This document shows positions 61,270 through 64,000 of a stretch of DNA of 64,000 nt, one piece after another. How positions within the stretch are numbered: the first letter of the stretch is position 1; every line of letters begins with the position of its first letter. The translations under genes were made by a program, and so were the position numbers. The notes below the pieces were generated by a model. That model was not told the DNA's origin, did no database searches, and saw only the letters and a list, made by a program, of their open reading frames with translations. The stretch comes from a bacterium (GTDB taxonomy: Bacteria; Patescibacteriota; Microgenomatia; UBA1400; UBA12108). Location of the stretch: positions 28,284 to 92,283 of the forward strand of contig JAJYKS010000004.1 in NCBI GenBank assembly GCA_021788365.1, given 5' to 3'.

Positions 61270-64000
61270 TGAAAAATATTCTCGACTTTAAAGGTCTCAA
61301 GATCCAACTCGCCTCTCCCGACACGGTTCGCTCCTGGTCGTTTGGTGAAGTCACAAAACCAGAAACCATTAACTATCGTACCTTAAAGCCCGAAAAAGAT
61401 GGCTTGTTCTGCGAGCGCATCTTCGGACCAACCAAGGACTACGAGTGTTACTGCGGCAAATACAAACGCATCCGTTACCGTGGTATTGTCTGTGACAAAT
61501 GTGGTGTCGAAGTTACCCAGAGCCGCGTGCGCCGCGAGCGCATGGGTCACATCACCCTAGCCGCTCCAGTCGCGCATATCTGGTATTTCAAGGGCGCGCC
61601 GAGCAAATTGTCCCTCATCATGAACATTGCACCAAAATCGCTATCTGCTGTTGTTTATTTCTCAAAATACTTGGTCTTGTCCGTCGACAAAGACGAAAAG
61701 GCCAAGGTAATCGAGCATTTGGGTGCGTCCCACGCCGATGCAATAAGTGGCTTAGACGACAAAGCCAAAGCAGCAATGGAAGATATAAAGAAATCGCTCG
61801 AAAAAGGTGAAAGCGAAACAGCAAAAAACGCCGCCAAACGCCAGATAGAGAAGGTCCGCGAGGAACTGGTAGCCGACAAAGATTCTTTAGATGAGATCTA
61901 CAAAACCGTGACCGGCATGGTCAAACGCATCGTTCCCGGTACCATTATTTCCGAAGACGAATATCTAAAACTTGAAGAATATGAAAGCGTCTCTCACCTC
62001 AAAGTCGGCATGGGTGCCGAGGCCATACTCGAATATCTCGAGGGACTGGACATCCAAAAGCTCTCCAAAGACTTGAAAGAAGAGATGAAGGCAGAGAGTG
62101 CCGGCGTTCGCCGCAGCAAGCTCGCCAAACGCTTAAAGGTCGTAGATGGTCTCAAAAATGCCGGCCTTGCTCCCTCATGGATGGTCTTAAAAGTGCTACC
62201 CGTCTTGCCACCAGAACTTCGTCCCATGGTGCAACTCTCCGGTGGCCGCTTCGCCTCGTCTGACCTAAACGACCTCTACCGCCGCGTCATAAACCGTAAC
62301 AACCGCTTAAAACACCTCATAGATCTTGGCGCTCCCGAGATTATTCTTCGTAACGAAAAACGGATGCTGCAAGAGGCGGTCGACAGTTTGATAGACGCTT
62401 CTCAAGCGAAGACTTCCCGCCGCCGTGTGGTGAAACCGTTGCGATCCCTTTCCGACATGCTCTCCGGTAAGCAAGGTCGTTTCCGTCAGAACTTGCTCGG
62501 TAAACGCGTCGACTACTCTGGCCGCTCGGTCATTGTCGTCGGTCCTGAGCTCTCCCTCGACCAGTGTGGTCTCCCCAAAGACATGGCGCTTGAGATGTTC
62601 AAGCCGTACGTGTTGCACGAACTTATAGAGGCCGGTATTGCCCCCAACGTCAAGAGCGCAAAACACGCCATAGAGCGCAAAGACCCGATGGTTTTTGACA
62701 TCTTGGAGCGTATTACCAAAGATCACCCAGTTTTGCTAAACCGCGCACCAACGCTGCACAAGCTGGGTATTCAGGCATTTTATCCAGTATTGATAGAAGG
62801 TAACGCCATTCAACTGCACCCCTGTGTCTGTGCTGGTTACAACGCCGACTTCGATGGTGACCAAATGGCAGTGCACGTCCCACTCTCTACAACGGCGGTT
62901 GACGAGGCCAGATCGCTTATGCTTGCGGAAAATAATCTCCTAAAGCCAGCCAACGGCAGTCCCATCACCGTGCCAAACAAAGAGATGGCCCTTGGTTGCT
63001 ACTACCTGACAAGCTTCGACCCCGACGCTCCCTTCGTCGAAACAATTTTTAGTGACAAAGCCGAGGCTTATGCCGCTCACGAAGCAGGTCGGGTGAGTCT
63101 TCGACAGCCCGTTAAGGTACGCGTGGATGGGAAGATTGTAGAATCATCCGTCGGCCGCCTCATCTTCAATGATGCGCTACCTGCAGATTTTGGCTTCATG
63201 AACGAAAGTATTAATGCCAAAAAGATCACCGACATCATTAAGGAGGCAATCCGCCTCTTCGACAATCATAGCGTTGCTGCGCTGGTAGACAAGATCAAAT
63301 CTATTGGCTTCAACTACCTAACTGGCTCGGGGCTTTCCGTGGCGGTCTCCGACAACATCATGATCCCTGAAAAAGCGGCCATGATCAAAGAGGCCGACGA
63401 ACAGGTCAACAAGATCCTAGAAGCCTACAACCAAGGTCTCTTGACCGAGGAAGAAAAGCGCCGCAACTCATTTGAGGTATGGATGGAGACGACCGAAAAA
63501 ATCGCCAACGCCACTTGGGACAAATTCGACGAGCGAAACGCGGTCAAAATAATCATAGACTCAGGTGGTACTCGTGCCTCCCGCGACCAGGTAAAGCAGC
63601 TCTCTGCTATGCGTGGCTTGGTGGTCGACCCCCTAGGCAAGATCGTGGAAATGCCGACCAAAAGTAACTTCCGCGAAGGTCTCTCGATCTTCGAATACGT
63701 GACCTCGTCTCGCGGCTCTCGCAAGGGTTTGACCGACTCGGCACTGAAAACCGCCGACGCCGGTTATCTCACACGCCGCTTGGTCGACGTCTCACATACC
63801 TCGATTATCCGCGAGGACAATTGTGGCACCGAGGAATTCTTGACAATCGAAGCTGGTGGCAAGCGCGGCAAACAATTTGAGAAGCGCGTTTTGGGAAGAG
63901 TGTTGGCGCATACTGTCAAAGACCCAGTTTCCAAAGAGGTGATCGCCAAGAAGGGTGAGATCATAGATGATCGTCTCGCCGCTCGCATGTATGAAGCTGG
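61266..64000 (+). CDS. rpoC: DNA-directed RNA polymerase subunit beta' (N-terminal about 910 aa; the 3' end lies outside the window)
   Basis: The zinc finger '[20 protein letters not shown]' is present, with '[12 protein letters not shown]' (the catalytic DFDGD) at about nt 62840. The start ATGATG overlaps the rpoB TGA. The frame is open to the window end. Confidence 0.95.
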   Translation, partial: MMKNILDFKGLKIQLASPDTVRSWSFGEVTKPETINYRTLKPEKDGLFCERIFGPTKDYECYCGKYKRIRYRGIVCDKCGVEVTQSRVRRERMGHITLAAPVAHIWYFKGAPSKLSLIMNIAPKSLSAVVYFSKYLVLSVDKDEKAKVIEHLGASHADAISGLDDKAKAAMEDIKKSLEKGESETAKNAAKRQIEKVREELVADKDSLDEIYKTVTGMVKRIVPGTIISEDEYLKLEEYESVSHLKVGMGAEAILEYLEGLDIQKLSKDLKEEMKAESAGVRRSKLAKRLKVVDGLKNAGLAPSWMVLKVLPVLPPELRPMVQLSGGRFASSDLNDLYRRVINRNNRLKHLIDLGAPEIILRNEKRMLQEAVDSLIDASQAKTSRRRVVKPLRSLSDMLSGKQGRFRQNLLGKRVDYSGRSVIVVGPELSLDQCGLPKDMALEMFKPYVLHELIEAGIAPNVKSAKHAIERKDPMVFDILERITKDHPVLLNRAPTLHKLGIQAFYPVLIEGNAIQLHPCVCAGYNADFDGDQMAVHVPLSTTAVDEARSLMLAENNLLKPANGSPITVPNKEMALGCYYLTSFDPDAPFVETIFSDKAEAYAAHEAGRVSLRQPVKVRVDGKIVESSVGRLIFNDALPADFGFMNESINAKKITDIIKEAIRLFDNHSVAALVDKIKSIGFNYLTGSGLSVAVSDNIMIPEKAAMIKEADEQVNKILEAYNQGLLTEEEKRRNSFEVWMETTEKIANATWDKFDERNAVKIIIDSGGTRASRDQVKQLSAMRGLVVDPLGKIVEMPTKSNFREGLSIFEYVTSSRGSRKGLTDSALKTADAGYLTRRLVDVSHTSIIREDNCGTEEFLTIEAGGKRGKQFEKRVLGRVLAHTVKDPVSKEVIAKKGEIIDDRLAARMYEA

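Noticed and set aside
1-64000. Search for tRNA, rRNA and CRISPR arrays
   Set aside because: No intergenic region is long enough for an rRNA. Intergenic regions of 100 nt or more (23133-23269, 26522-26649, 35566-35716, 56431-56531, 57690-57792) show no cloverleaf-compatible GTGGC..TTCGA-type tRNA signatures. No array of regularly spaced direct repeats is present.

Overview
This window reads as a reduced, Gram-positive-type bacterial chromosome segment, probably a Patescibacteria/CPR (Saccharibacteria-like) genome. That placement is an inference from gene content: FemAB, LCP, sortase, MurJ, a short IF-2, a C-terminally truncated AlaRS, and no rbfA/truB after infB. Housekeeping genes are dense and mostly on the + strand: tpiA, lepA, hrcA-grpE-dnaK, a dnaJ-like gene, nusA-infB, rpsO-pnp, ung, rnj, ftsK, a rodZ-like gene, alaS, ruvX, mltG and rpoB followed by a partial rpoC. 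The minus strand carries a UvrD-family helicase, FemAB, and an operon of rpsT-pilN-pilO followed by four Ser/Thr/Pro-rich surface proteins. I did not recognise any rRNA or tRNA genes, CRISPR arrays, integrases or transposases. The features most worth a second look are these. (1) About 9.3 kb of lower-GC sequence is inserted between dnaK and dnaJ; the dnaK terminator and a dnaJ CIRCE operator are intact on either side. The insert encodes an AT-rich hypothetical gene pair, an orphan receiver domain, a HIT protein, two alpha/beta hydrolases, a TPR protein, and a 1455-aa protein with a transglutaminase-like Cys-His-Asp protease core plus a 277-aa partner. (2) The type-IV-pilus-like pilN/pilO operon is co-transcribed with surface proteins carrying C-terminal [LM]Px(T/A)G-plus-hydrophobic tails, and a sortase lies elsewhere in the window beside an 818-aa actin-fold membrane protein. 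(3) A family of short palindromic intergenic elements (AAGGTCTGWC...GWCAGACCTT and relatives) sits at gene ends. A conserved 5'-UTR motif, CTGAGYGTGTCGAAGG, precedes hrcA and dnaK, with a variant before ftsK. (4) There is a standalone Lon-type AAA+ module with no peptidase domain. All functional calls rest on motif recognition by eye from the translations; no database searches were run.
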